In this document: positions 9,379 to 17,446 of the stretch, one piece after another
How positions within the stretch are numbered: the first letter of the stretch is position 1
Layout of the letters: each line of letters starts with the position of its first letter
Assembly (NCBI GenBank): GCA_030149205.1
Contig: JASBSB010000006.1
Coordinates: forward strand, 450,001-482,000
From: Candidatus Heimdallarchaeota archaeon
GTDB lineage: Archaea; Asgardarchaeota; Heimdallarchaeia; Heimdallarchaeales; Kariarchaeaceae
DNA: 32,000 bases
Direction: 5' to 3'
The notes under the pieces: model-generated
Database searches by the model: none
What the model saw: the letters and a program-made list of their open reading frames with translations, nothing else
Told to the model about the DNA's origin: nothing
Translations under genes and position numbers: made by a program

Positions 9379-9885
9379 ATGACAAAAGAATTTGTGGCCC
9401 CAATCCAGAGATCCGGAGCAGTTCAACTTTATAGCGGTGTCTTAACTAACTATTATCTGGGATTTATAACCTTTGGAATACTCATCCTCATCGGGTTAAC
9501 TTTTCTCTTTAACTCTAATTTTTCTCTTGTGTCCTTGATATTCTTCTTTGGATTTGTTGTCCCTGCATTATTTTTTATTCATTTCAAACTGGTAAGGAAG
9601 GGAAGACTACTTATGAGGAAAACTGCTGTAATGGAAATAGATGAGGAGAACTTTAAGATCGTTTCTGGTCACCCCAATACGGCTTCATCTAAACCCATAA
9701 TAATTCAAAAGGATGAAATCAGTGAAATCTCTGTAAAAGGATATTCTGAGCTGGGTTTTTTCCTTTCATTAGGAGAAAGCCAGATAAAAATGGGGCTCTG
9801 GAGAAAATTAGAAGATGCCAAGGAATTTGCCCAGAGCATCGCAAATGAATTAAATCTTAAAATCATTGTTGATATTGAGGATTAG
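9379..9885 (+). CDS. Two-TM membrane protein with a probable bacterial-PH-like cytoplasmic domain
   Basis: Two hydrophobic helices (aa ~25-70), then a beta-rich region (MEIDEENFKI...IQKDEISEISV) and a terminal helix (KLEDAKEFAQSIANEL). Starts 3 nt after the previous stop. Confidence 0.65.
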   Translation: MTKEFVAPIQRSGAVQLYSGVLTNYYLGFITFGILILIGLTFLFNSNFSLVSLIFFFGFVVPALFFIHFKLVRKGRLLMRKTAVMEIDEENFKIVSGHPNTASSKPIIIQKDEISEISVKGYSELGFFLSLGESQIKMGLWRKLEDAKEFAQSIANELNLKIIVDIED

Positions 9886-9960
9886 ATAGAAAACAAAGAA
9901 AATATAAGGGAGCTTATTACATAAATTATAAAAGGAAGGAATCCAGAAAGATTTTGATAG

Positions 9961-10710
9961 ATGGAATTACAAGAGAATTTCTTTGATACTTCGGTGGGAA
10001 GGATTCATTACAAAACAGTTGATGAAGAACATCTTCTTAAACCTAATGATCTCTCAATTGGAATCTTTATTCATGGGGCAAATAAGACTCACCAGAACAT
10101 TGAGTTCTGGGAACCCTTACATGAAGAAATTAGTAAGTTTTGCATTCCTGTCTATGTTGATTTATTTGGGCATGGGCTTTCAGAAACTGACCGGGAAACT
10201 AGCCTAGATACAGACGTATTAAGCATTATAGAGATAATTGTTGAACTTAAGATTAAATACAACAAAAGAATATTCATTTCAGGGAGATCTTATGGAGGAT
10301 TGGTTGCGCTCACTGCAACAAACCAGATTCCAGAAAAAGTAGAAGGATTAATACTAATTGCCCCTGCATGTAATAGTTCGACTATTAATTTATTGAATGC
10401 ATGGAAGCGACCTGTGATCGCCTTCTGGGATTCAATTGATCCAACTGTAAACATATCAAATTTCAGTTTTCTTAAATCAGCTATCCCACATGCAAAACTA
10501 TTCTCCATTGGTTCGCCCCCAGATCACAACATGTTTAAGGCTGAAAAAGTTTTTCCAAGACCTGAGAGTGTTGAACCAACACATGTTCCTGAAATTGTTT
10601 TTTCGAAGTTTTTTATTGAGACATTAGAGTTTTTTATTCAACAGATAAACTATGATCATAACAACTCAAACGTCGAAAAAGTTATTCCGGGACAATCATC
10701 CTCTAAGTAA
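9961..10710 (+). CDS. Alpha/beta hydrolase, cap-less (ABHD14-like)
   Basis: IFIHG oxyanion motif, VDLFGHGLS, nucleophile elbow GRSYGG, acid in WDSIDP, His in PTHVPE. Confidence 0.88.
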   Translation: MELQENFFDTSVGRIHYKTVDEEHLLKPNDLSIGIFIHGANKTHQNIEFWEPLHEEISKFCIPVYVDLFGHGLSETDRETSLDTDVLSIIEIIVELKIKYNKRIFISGRSYGGLVALTATNQIPEKVEGLILIAPACNSSTINLLNAWKRPVIAFWDSIDPTVNISNFSFLKSAIPHAKLFSIGSPPDHNMFKAEKVFPRPESVEPTHVPEIVFSKFFIETLEFFIQQINYDHNNSNVEKVIPGQSSSK

Positions 10711-11385
10711 ACTTATTAACACCCTCATTCCATCCTTACCACGATAAAATTTACCTTGAAATTTTATTCTGATAAATTGATAGTCAGCTTTTTCAAATAA
10801 ATCCTTCCCTGTTTGATTCCCAAGACTTGCAAGTGAAAAATAGGCATAATTCAATGAATCTTCATCTCTTACCTTATTCATTTTTAATAGCACAGAAGCT
10901 TCCACAGATTTTAATTTATTAAACGCAACATATTGGAATATATTTCCCAAAACAATATCATCATCCTCGACTTTCAATAATTCAATAATCTTGTCATCAA
11001 ATCCCTCAAATTGGTAGTTCATTATCAGTTTTACAGCCATAGCTCTTATTTTTGAATCAGAATCACTAAGAAGAATCTCTAATAATTGTTTGATCTGTGG
11101 TTTTTGTAACATCTCAATACCCTGTAAGGCGTTAAGTTTGACATATTCATCCGGATGATTTTCCATGACATTTCTAATATGGTCAATTGCATCTTCTTTT
11201 AAAATTTCTATAATACTTGTTATTGCAACTTGTTGTACACCAGACTGAGAATCTTCCCAAAGCGCTTTTTCTAAGTACGGAACTGCTTTAGGATCCCCGA
11301 GTTCACCAAGTTCACTGGCTGCCTTCACCCTATCTGTGGCATCTACCGAAGTATTCAAGCGAGATAAAACTGAGTCTAATGTCAT
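10696..11385 (-). CDS. HEAT/PBS-lyase-like repeat protein
   Basis: Repeated R..A...LG.L / D...VR..A.. helical units (RVKAASELGELGDPKAVPYL, YVKLNALQGI, KIRAMAVKLI). The 3' end overlaps the convergent hydrolase by 15 nt. Confidence 0.82.
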   Translation of the reverse strand: MTLDSVLSRLNTSVDATDRVKAASELGELGDPKAVPYLEKALWEDSQSGVQQVAITSIIEILKEDAIDHIRNVMENHPDEYVKLNALQGIEMLQKPQIKQLLEILLSDSDSKIRAMAVKLIMNYQFEGFDDKIIELLKVEDDDIVLGNIFQYVAFNKLKSVEASVLLKMNKVRDEDSLNYAYFSLASLGNQTGKDLFEKADYQFIRIKFQGKFYRGKDGMRVLISLLRG

Positions 11386-11538
11386 TGATTTATTTAATTT
11401 CCTTATTTTAATTTAATTCTGATAGGTGCTAACATTAATTGTTCGATTCCAAATAATATATTACTAAAAAGAAAAGGAAGCTCTAGAACCATCAACTTAA
11501 GAAGAAAAACTTTAATCTGATATCTATAATTTTGTGTT

Positions 11539-12267
11539 ATGCAAAAAAATACCTTACTTGCTATATTTGCTCATCCTGATGATGAAATGTCATGTGCTGG
11601 AACATTGTTAAAACATTCAAAAAAAGGAGATGATGTACACTTAGCTTTTCTTACTCATGGAAGCAATACTACATTTATAGATGGAGATGCCGACGCAATC
11701 TCTAAAAAAAGAATGGAACATACAAGAAAAATCGAGAAGCATTTGGGTGTGTCAGTCCACTTTTTAAATTTTAAAGATTCACAGGTGGAAGTTTCTGTAG
11801 AAGGAGGATACATAATAGCCGAACTTATTAAAGAGATAAGACCAAATGCTATCATAACTTGGAATAAGATGAAATTTCTTGGGGGAGGTCATCCTGACCA
11901 TAGAAACACCTCACAATTAGTGGTAGATGCCATATCATATGCACGATACAAAAGGGCAGAAAGTAAATTTAATCCTTACCGAAATAATATATCACTTTAT
12001 CAGTATTATGATGATGTTTCTGATCCCCATGCACAGTTGATTTACATTGATGTTTCTGAGGAATTTGATGAGATAATGAAATTCATTGACATATATCAAG
12101 AAGCATATGGAAGTTGGGACATTAAGAGTTTAGCTAATATTAAACTAGAGACCGCTGGATGGAAGAGTAATGTAAAATATGCAGAGGTGTTCCAAGTGTT
12201 CATGAGGGGATACCCAGCACAAGATTATCTCGATTTGAGAAACTCCAGTAAATTGAATTCTGAATAA
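11539..12267 (+). CDS. PIG-L/LmbE family deacetylase
   Basis: AHPDDE and GHPDH metal-binding motifs, FLTHG, and YAEVF near the C-terminus. Confidence 0.92.
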   Translation: MQKNTLLAIFAHPDDEMSCAGTLLKHSKKGDDVHLAFLTHGSNTTFIDGDADAISKKRMEHTRKIEKHLGVSVHFLNFKDSQVEVSVEGGYIIAELIKEIRPNAIITWNKMKFLGGGHPDHRNTSQLVVDAISYARYKRAESKFNPYRNNISLYQYYDDVSDPHAQLIYIDVSEEFDEIMKFIDIYQEAYGSWDIKSLANIKLETAGWKSNVKYAEVFQVFMRGYPAQDYLDLRNSSKLNSE

Positions 12268-12440
12268 TTATCTTATTGAATAAGAAAAGACCTATAATTA
12301 AATTCATGATTTTTCTTATCCTTAAGCAAGCGGTTCCACATTAATATTCTGAGAAAAGAACTCCTAAAACAGATTATCTAATTTTATTACAGTTGATTAA
12401 TCTATTTCTAATGTAAATCTAATTTTTTAAATTGTATGAT

Positions 12441-13442
12441 TTAATTTCTACGCTTTTTAATAAAAACAACTATTGCAACAAGACCAATGGTGACTGCAAC
12501 GAAATTCAATGGGGATGAACTTTTTGTTGCGACAGAGTTAAAGAAATAATCAATTACTGTATCAACAACTATCATCCCATCATGTGCCTTTCCAGATTTT
12601 TCTAAGGTCTTCCCATACATGTTTTTGTAGCTGGTAAAGTCAGCCTCACCACTTACTACAACCATATTACTTTTCATAGTCTCTGTTGCTAAAAGTGGAT
12701 AATTCCCTGTGGTAGTTGAGGTAACATAGAAATCTGCTGCAGTACCACTTAAGTCTTGATCTAAGGCAGTGGCATTTGCAGATGATTTAACAACAACCTG
12801 AACGTTAGTTGGGGTTGTGGTCCTTAAATCTTTTGCAACACCATTTTGTTCATAGTAGACCGCTGTGGGGCCATGGAATGGGGCAGTAAAGTTTGTGACT
12901 TGACTCTTAATTTTGTCAGCAATTGCTCCAGTTCCTAGTTGGTTGGCGACAACTCTGTATGATGCCCCATCTTTCCAAACTGGATCTGCAACTGCACCTG
13001 CGTCTAATCTAAGAACAGAACCCACGAGCTTCAAGACTGGGTTTATTTTTGATGCGTTGAAATAACCACCAAAATCACTGTCACCAGCGACCCATAAAAG
13101 TTTGTTACCCTGATCAAACCAAGTTTTAATAAATGTTAAATTGTCTGAGTCCTTAAACTGATTACCAGGAAGGAGTAGTGCATCAACATTCTTTGTAGTT
13201 AGATTTCCCTTTAAGTTAGCTAGAGTCATGGTTGTACTATTGATAACAGTATTTGACTTAGCTGTGTAATTAGTGTAAAATCCACTAATATCTGTGTGTG
13301 CTGGGCTTGAACCTAAGTACACTAGGAAGGTTTTCCCGGATACACCAACAGCACCAGAAGCTGGAAGGCTTGCGCTTGCAACCATTAAACTAATGAGTAG
13401 CAATCCAAAGCCGAATCCTAATTTTTTTTTCATAATTTTCAC
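12441..13442 (-). CDS. Secreted, C-terminally anchored surface protein; probable GATase-I-like/GIFT-like fold
   Basis: Signal peptide (MKKKLGFGFGLLLISLMVASASLPASGA); VDALLLPG, LLWVAGDSDFGG and VVVSGEADF segments; C-terminal TM plus KKRRN; seven N-x-S/T sequons. Confidence 0.7.
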   Translation of the reverse strand: MKIMKKKLGFGFGLLLISLMVASASLPASGAVGVSGKTFLVYLGSSPAHTDISGFYTNYTAKSNTVINSTTMTLANLKGNLTTKNVDALLLPGNQFKDSDNLTFIKTWFDQGNKLLWVAGDSDFGGYFNASKINPVLKLVGSVLRLDAGAVADPVWKDGASYRVVANQLGTGAIADKIKSQVTNFTAPFHGPTAVYYEQNGVAKDLRTTTPTNVQVVVKSSANATALDQDLSGTAADFYVTSTTTGNYPLLATETMKSNMVVVSGEADFTSYKNMYGKTLEKSGKAHDGMIVVDTVIDYFFNSVATKSSSPLNFVAVTIGLVAIVVFIKKRRN

Positions 13443-13645
13443 CTATTTGAGGTTGATTTGACGTTAAATTTCTTGTACTTAAATGCTTCGGAAATTATCT
13501 CATACAATCCACATAGTTAAAGTATATCCAATTTTAAAGGCTTTTAATTAATATTTAAGACTTTAGCAGGTATATATTTATATAATAAATACGGAGTATT
13601 TTTTAGTTCTATACAGAACTATACAAATAGCTGGAACACTGTTTC

Positions 13646-14308
13646 GTGTTATTGAAAACCAGATTAATTGAATTCGAACAACCATTAGAAGTTGAACAAA
13701 ATCTGAAAAGTGGGGAACTTGGGGTTATACTAGGTCACGGGGATAGATCTGACATAGACCTCCCAATACTAAAATCCTTGACAAAAGAATTAAACAAAAA
13801 TGATGTAAGCGTTATCAAAGTACGATATCCATTTCGAGTTAGAGGAAAGAGGATTCCCGACAACTCAGAGCTTTTAGATCGAGCATTACTTAGTGTTTGG
13901 AATTGGGTGGAATCTGACTCAAACCTTTCTAAGAAAAAATGGGCGATTGGAGGTCACGACCTTGGAGCTAAAGTAGCATTACGGGTTTCTTCTCTTATTA
14001 TGCAAAATGACAAGCCAATCCCTACAATATGCCTCAATTTTCCAATGTATCCACCCAATAGACCTGAGAAATTAAATATAAATGAAATTCACGCTATAGT
14101 TGGTCCTGTATTGTTTATTCAAACAGACAAAAATTCAAAAGGTACCTTTACAAGGTTGCAAAATCAGCTTGCGATGTATGCATCCTTTTGTGAGATGAAA
14201 CTCATCAAAGGTGGAGATATCGACTTTGAGATAAAGGGGAAACCTGCTTCACTCGTGGCAAAGTGGATAACAAATGACATTTTAACTTTTATGCGGAATA
14301 ACCTTTAA
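13646..14308 (+). CDS. KANSL3/Tex30-like alpha/beta-hydrolase-fold protein with a degenerate triad
   Basis: VILGHG, YPFRVRGKRIPD, AIGGHDLGAKVA, ICLNFPMYPP, GPVLFIQ and IKGGDIDF are collinear with this family, but Ser, Asp and His are not at their usual positions. Confidence 0.75.
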   Translation: MLLKTRLIEFEQPLEVEQNLKSGELGVILGHGDRSDIDLPILKSLTKELNKNDVSVIKVRYPFRVRGKRIPDNSELLDRALLSVWNWVESDSNLSKKKWAIGGHDLGAKVALRVSSLIMQNDKPIPTICLNFPMYPPNRPEKLNINEIHAIVGPVLFIQTDKNSKGTFTRLQNQLAMYASFCEMKLIKGGDIDFEIKGKPASLVAKWITNDILTFMRNNL

Positions 14309-14394
14309 TTAAGTTGTAAAATAAAATTGAGATTTTTGACAGTATTATAAATTCTTTAAAAAATCATATTAACTGTCTCCCGAAATTTAGGTTA

Positions 14395-17292
14395 GTGAGT
14401 TCAGAAAATATAGAACAAATACCCTTTCACTCCAAAAAATTAGGAGAAACCTTGGACATTTTTTCAACAGACAAGGAGTTAGGGATTCATTCTAGTAAAG
14501 TTGCAGGTCTTCATGAAAAATATGGATACAACAAGATAATTCAAAAACCGCCTAGCATCTGGAAGGTGTATCTCGCCCCCTTATTTGACACTTTGATAAC
14601 TATATATTTGATAATGGCGGGGATACTTTCATTATTATCGGCCTTCGTACCTGGGGTTCGTGGTCAGGTTACCTTCTGGATAATAATAATTGCATTGAAC
14701 ATGATATTGGCAATCTTTCAACAATATCGAGCACAGAAAAAGGTTGATGCATTAAAGAAACTAAGCCCTCAAAAGGCTAATGTAATTAGAGATGGACTAG
14801 AAATTGAAGTTTTGTCAGAAAATTTAATCCCAGGCGATATCATTATTCTCGGACTGGGTGATAAAATTCCAGCAGATGCCAGACTAATTGAGACTAACAA
14901 TTTATCTATTGATGAAGCATCTCTTACGGGAGAGAGTGTTCCTATACAAAAGTTCAGAACTTCACAGTTAAATTCTGCTCTTCCTGCTGAAACACCCATT
15001 GGAGAGAGGGGAAATATGATATATCTGGGTACTTTCATACAGACAGGATCTGCTAAAGCAGTGGTCTGTCAAATTGGAAATAACACAGAGTTGGGTAAAA
15101 TTTCCAGCAAGATGGATGAGCTCACAGAGGTAGAGATTCCTCTAAGAACAAAGATCAACGCTCTTGGAAGGGGATTAGGGATTTTGATGAGTGTTTTCTT
15201 AGCAATTGCAATAATAGTCAAATTTTGGATACGAATGGTTCAAGGGTCAAACTTCACCATTGATCAGATTGCCAAGGATATTGCTGATTCAATTGTTAAC
15301 GCAATGGCAGTTATGCCGATCAACATTCCTCTACTTACAACGGTAGTATTGATCACTGGGGTACTCCAGATGGCAACAAAACAGGTTATCGTCAAAGAGC
15401 TCTCTGCTGTTGAAACATTAGGAAGAACCTCAGTTTTATGCTCTGATAAAACCGGGACAATGACCACGTCTAAGATGACAGTTGTCAAATTCTGGAACAG
15501 AGTCTCTATGGTTGATGTAAACGCAATTGATGGTACTGTTGAGACATATGTGGATGGAAAGGAGGTCAGTCTTGATAAAATTATCAAGGATGAGAACAAT
15601 AAACTTTTCCTGTACAATGCCCTGTTGAATAACAGTGCAAAGTTAGTTGAAACATCTGATCCAGAACATTTTGACATAGCTGGTAATCCAACAGATGGTG
15701 CTTTGTTGACCCTTTGTGTGAGAATTGGACTTCCCATTCGTAAAATCAAAGATAGCTTTGTACAGATCAAATCCTACCCATTTGATTCCAAGGTTAAAAG
15801 AATGTCTGGGGTCTTTGAAGACAAAAGCTCCAAACAGCTTCTAGCTTTCACTAAGGGGGCTTCTGATATACTTCTACCACTTTGTACCCAAATTAAGGAC
15901 TCTTCATCTTCAACAAAATTAACTAAGAAGAAAAGAGACGAGATCCTGAGTCAGATCAACAAGTTGGCTAACCAAGGATACAGAATAATTTCTCTTGCGT
16001 ATAAAACATTAGACAGCATTCCAGAGGATGAAGATGACTTAGTTGAAGAAAGAAAGAGAATAGAATCAGACTTGACCTATTTAGGATATACTGTAATTCT
16101 AGACCCTCCACGACCAGGTGTAAAAGAAGCGGTAGCAAAACTTGATAGCGCAGGTATATTTCCTGTTATGATTACAGGTGACGCACCATCAACAGCTGGT
16201 ACAATTGCGCAACAAGTAGGCATTCTAGACCCAGATGAATTGGTAATTGAAGGGAAGGAAATCATGGATTTAAACGATGAAGATTTTCTTAAGGTTTCTG
16301 TTTTTGCAAGGGTTTCACCTCAAGATAAACAAGTGATAGTAGAACGGTACCAAGACGTAGGCAAAGTTGTAACAATGACAGGTGATGGTGTGAATGATTC
16401 ACTTGCAATTGCTATGGCTGATGCTGGAGTAGCCATGGGGATTACTGGTACAGAGGTTACAAAGGAGGCAGCAGATATGATTATAGCAGATGATTCATAT
16501 GTAAGTCTAGTTACAGGGGTTGAAGAGGGAAGAAACCTTTTTGAGAAGATACGAATAATGATCTTCTTTTATATTGCTGTAAACTTTGCAGAGGCAATAA
16601 TGTATTTCTCAACCCAATTCTTAATGGAACAGGGGAACTTCCTTCAGCTTTTGAACAACTATCAGAGAACCTATATTTTCTCAATAGTACACGCCCTTCC
16701 ACCATTAGCAATAATTTTTGGGAATAATGATTGGGAAATTATGAAACTCAAACCTAGAGAACAAGCTGCAATTTTGTCTAAACGAATGATCCAAGCTTTG
16801 ATTCTCTATTCTTTATTATCTGTCAGTGGGATTTTGTTAGTTTATTTCATGCAAGATGGTAATTTCCTGGGATGGTTAGGTGTGAGCAGTTTTAATAAAC
16901 TAGGATTCAACCCAGAGTTTAGAACACCTGATTTTCCAAAACAACCAATTGAATGGACCCAAGCAAAAGCTAGAACCATGTTACTTTCCGTGATTTACAT
17001 CTCAGAAACATTCATGGTTATTAGTATTAGGAGAATGAACAGATCATTCATTCAAAGTCTAAGAGACTCAAATCTATTCATATTAGCAATGGTTTTCTCC
17101 CCACTTATCATTCATTTTGGACTCATGTACATCTTTCCAATTCAATATTTCATTGGGTATTTTGGGATCAACATTGACCTAATCTTTCTAGACCCGCTGG
17201 ATCTCTTCATTGTTTTCTTTTTCGGATTACTGCCGGTTGCTGCATTAGAGATCTTTAAGAAGTTCGTAAGAGAAAAGGGTGAACAATTTTGA
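14395..17292 (+). CDS. P-type ATPase, P2-like scaffold, non-canonical transport site (substrate unknown)
   Basis: LTGES (A domain), DKTGT phosphorylation site, KGA (N domain), MITGD, FARVSPQDK, MTGDGVND; 10-TM layout. TM4 reads MPINIP rather than PEGL. Confidence 0.93.
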   Translation: MSSENIEQIPFHSKKLGETLDIFSTDKELGIHSSKVAGLHEKYGYNKIIQKPPSIWKVYLAPLFDTLITIYLIMAGILSLLSAFVPGVRGQVTFWIIIIALNMILAIFQQYRAQKKVDALKKLSPQKANVIRDGLEIEVLSENLIPGDIIILGLGDKIPADARLIETNNLSIDEASLTGESVPIQKFRTSQLNSALPAETPIGERGNMIYLGTFIQTGSAKAVVCQIGNNTELGKISSKMDELTEVEIPLRTKINALGRGLGILMSVFLAIAIIVKFWIRMVQGSNFTIDQIAKDIADSIVNAMAVMPINIPLLTTVVLITGVLQMATKQVIVKELSAVETLGRTSVLCSDKTGTMTTSKMTVVKFWNRVSMVDVNAIDGTVETYVDGKEVSLDKIIKDENNKLFLYNALLNNSAKLVETSDPEHFDIAGNPTDGALLTLCVRIGLPIRKIKDSFVQIKSYPFDSKVKRMSGVFEDKSSKQLLAFTKGASDILLPLCTQIKDSSSSTKLTKKKRDEILSQINKLANQGYRIISLAYKTLDSIPEDEDDLVEERKRIESDLTYLGYTVILDPPRPGVKEAVAKLDSAGIFPVMITGDAPSTAGTIAQQVGILDPDELVIEGKEIMDLNDEDFLKVSVFARVSPQDKQVIVERYQDVGKVVTMTGDGVNDSLAIAMADAGVAMGITGTEVTKEAADMIIADDSYVSLVTGVEEGRNLFEKIRIMIFFYIAVNFAEAIMYFSTQFLMEQGNFLQLLNNYQRTYIFSIVHALPPLAIIFGNNDWEIMKLKPREQAAILSKRMIQALILYSLLSVSGILLVYFMQDGNFLGWLGVSSFNKLGFNPEFRTPDFPKQPIEWTQAKARTMLLSVIYISETFMVISIRRMNRSFIQSLRDSNLFILAMVFSPLIIHFGLMYIFPIQYFIGYFGINIDLIFLDPLDLFIVFFFGLLPVAALEIFKKFVREKGEQF

Positions 17293-17446
17293 GTAAATTG
17301 TAAAGAGAAGATACTTTAAGTCAAAATTCTTGTGGTCTCTCCCATCGAGAGTCCATTTATTTATAAAGTTTATAGAGGTCTATTAATTATTCTCCTTCGG
17401 TTAAGTCATTCTATGGTGAGATTGAAGATTGTTTTGAGGGTCTATT

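Noticed and set aside
6835-11855. ORFs 6835-7029, 9983-10207, 10290-10508 and 11655-11855
   Set aside because: Alternative-frame or antisense shadows lying entirely within well-supported genes.
12271-12285. TCTTATT-G-AATAAGA palindrome after the PIG-L stop
   Set aside because: Short, AT-rich and single-copy.
13422-13430. 9-nt homopolymer in the surface-protein signal peptide (possible phase variation)
   Set aside because: Encodes the basic n-region (KKK) in an AT-rich genome; the frame is intact and similar runs occur elsewhere.
13588-13621. Short palindromes AAATAC-N3-GTATTT and TAGTTCT-N4-AGAACTA in the divergent promoter region
   Set aside because: Arms of 6-7 bp are expected by chance, and no second copy was noticed.
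14769-16711. Minus-strand ORFs 14769-15038, 15264-15770, 16077-16265 and 16511-16711
   Set aside because: Antisense to the P-type ATPase, with the S/I/L-rich composition typical of shadow frames.
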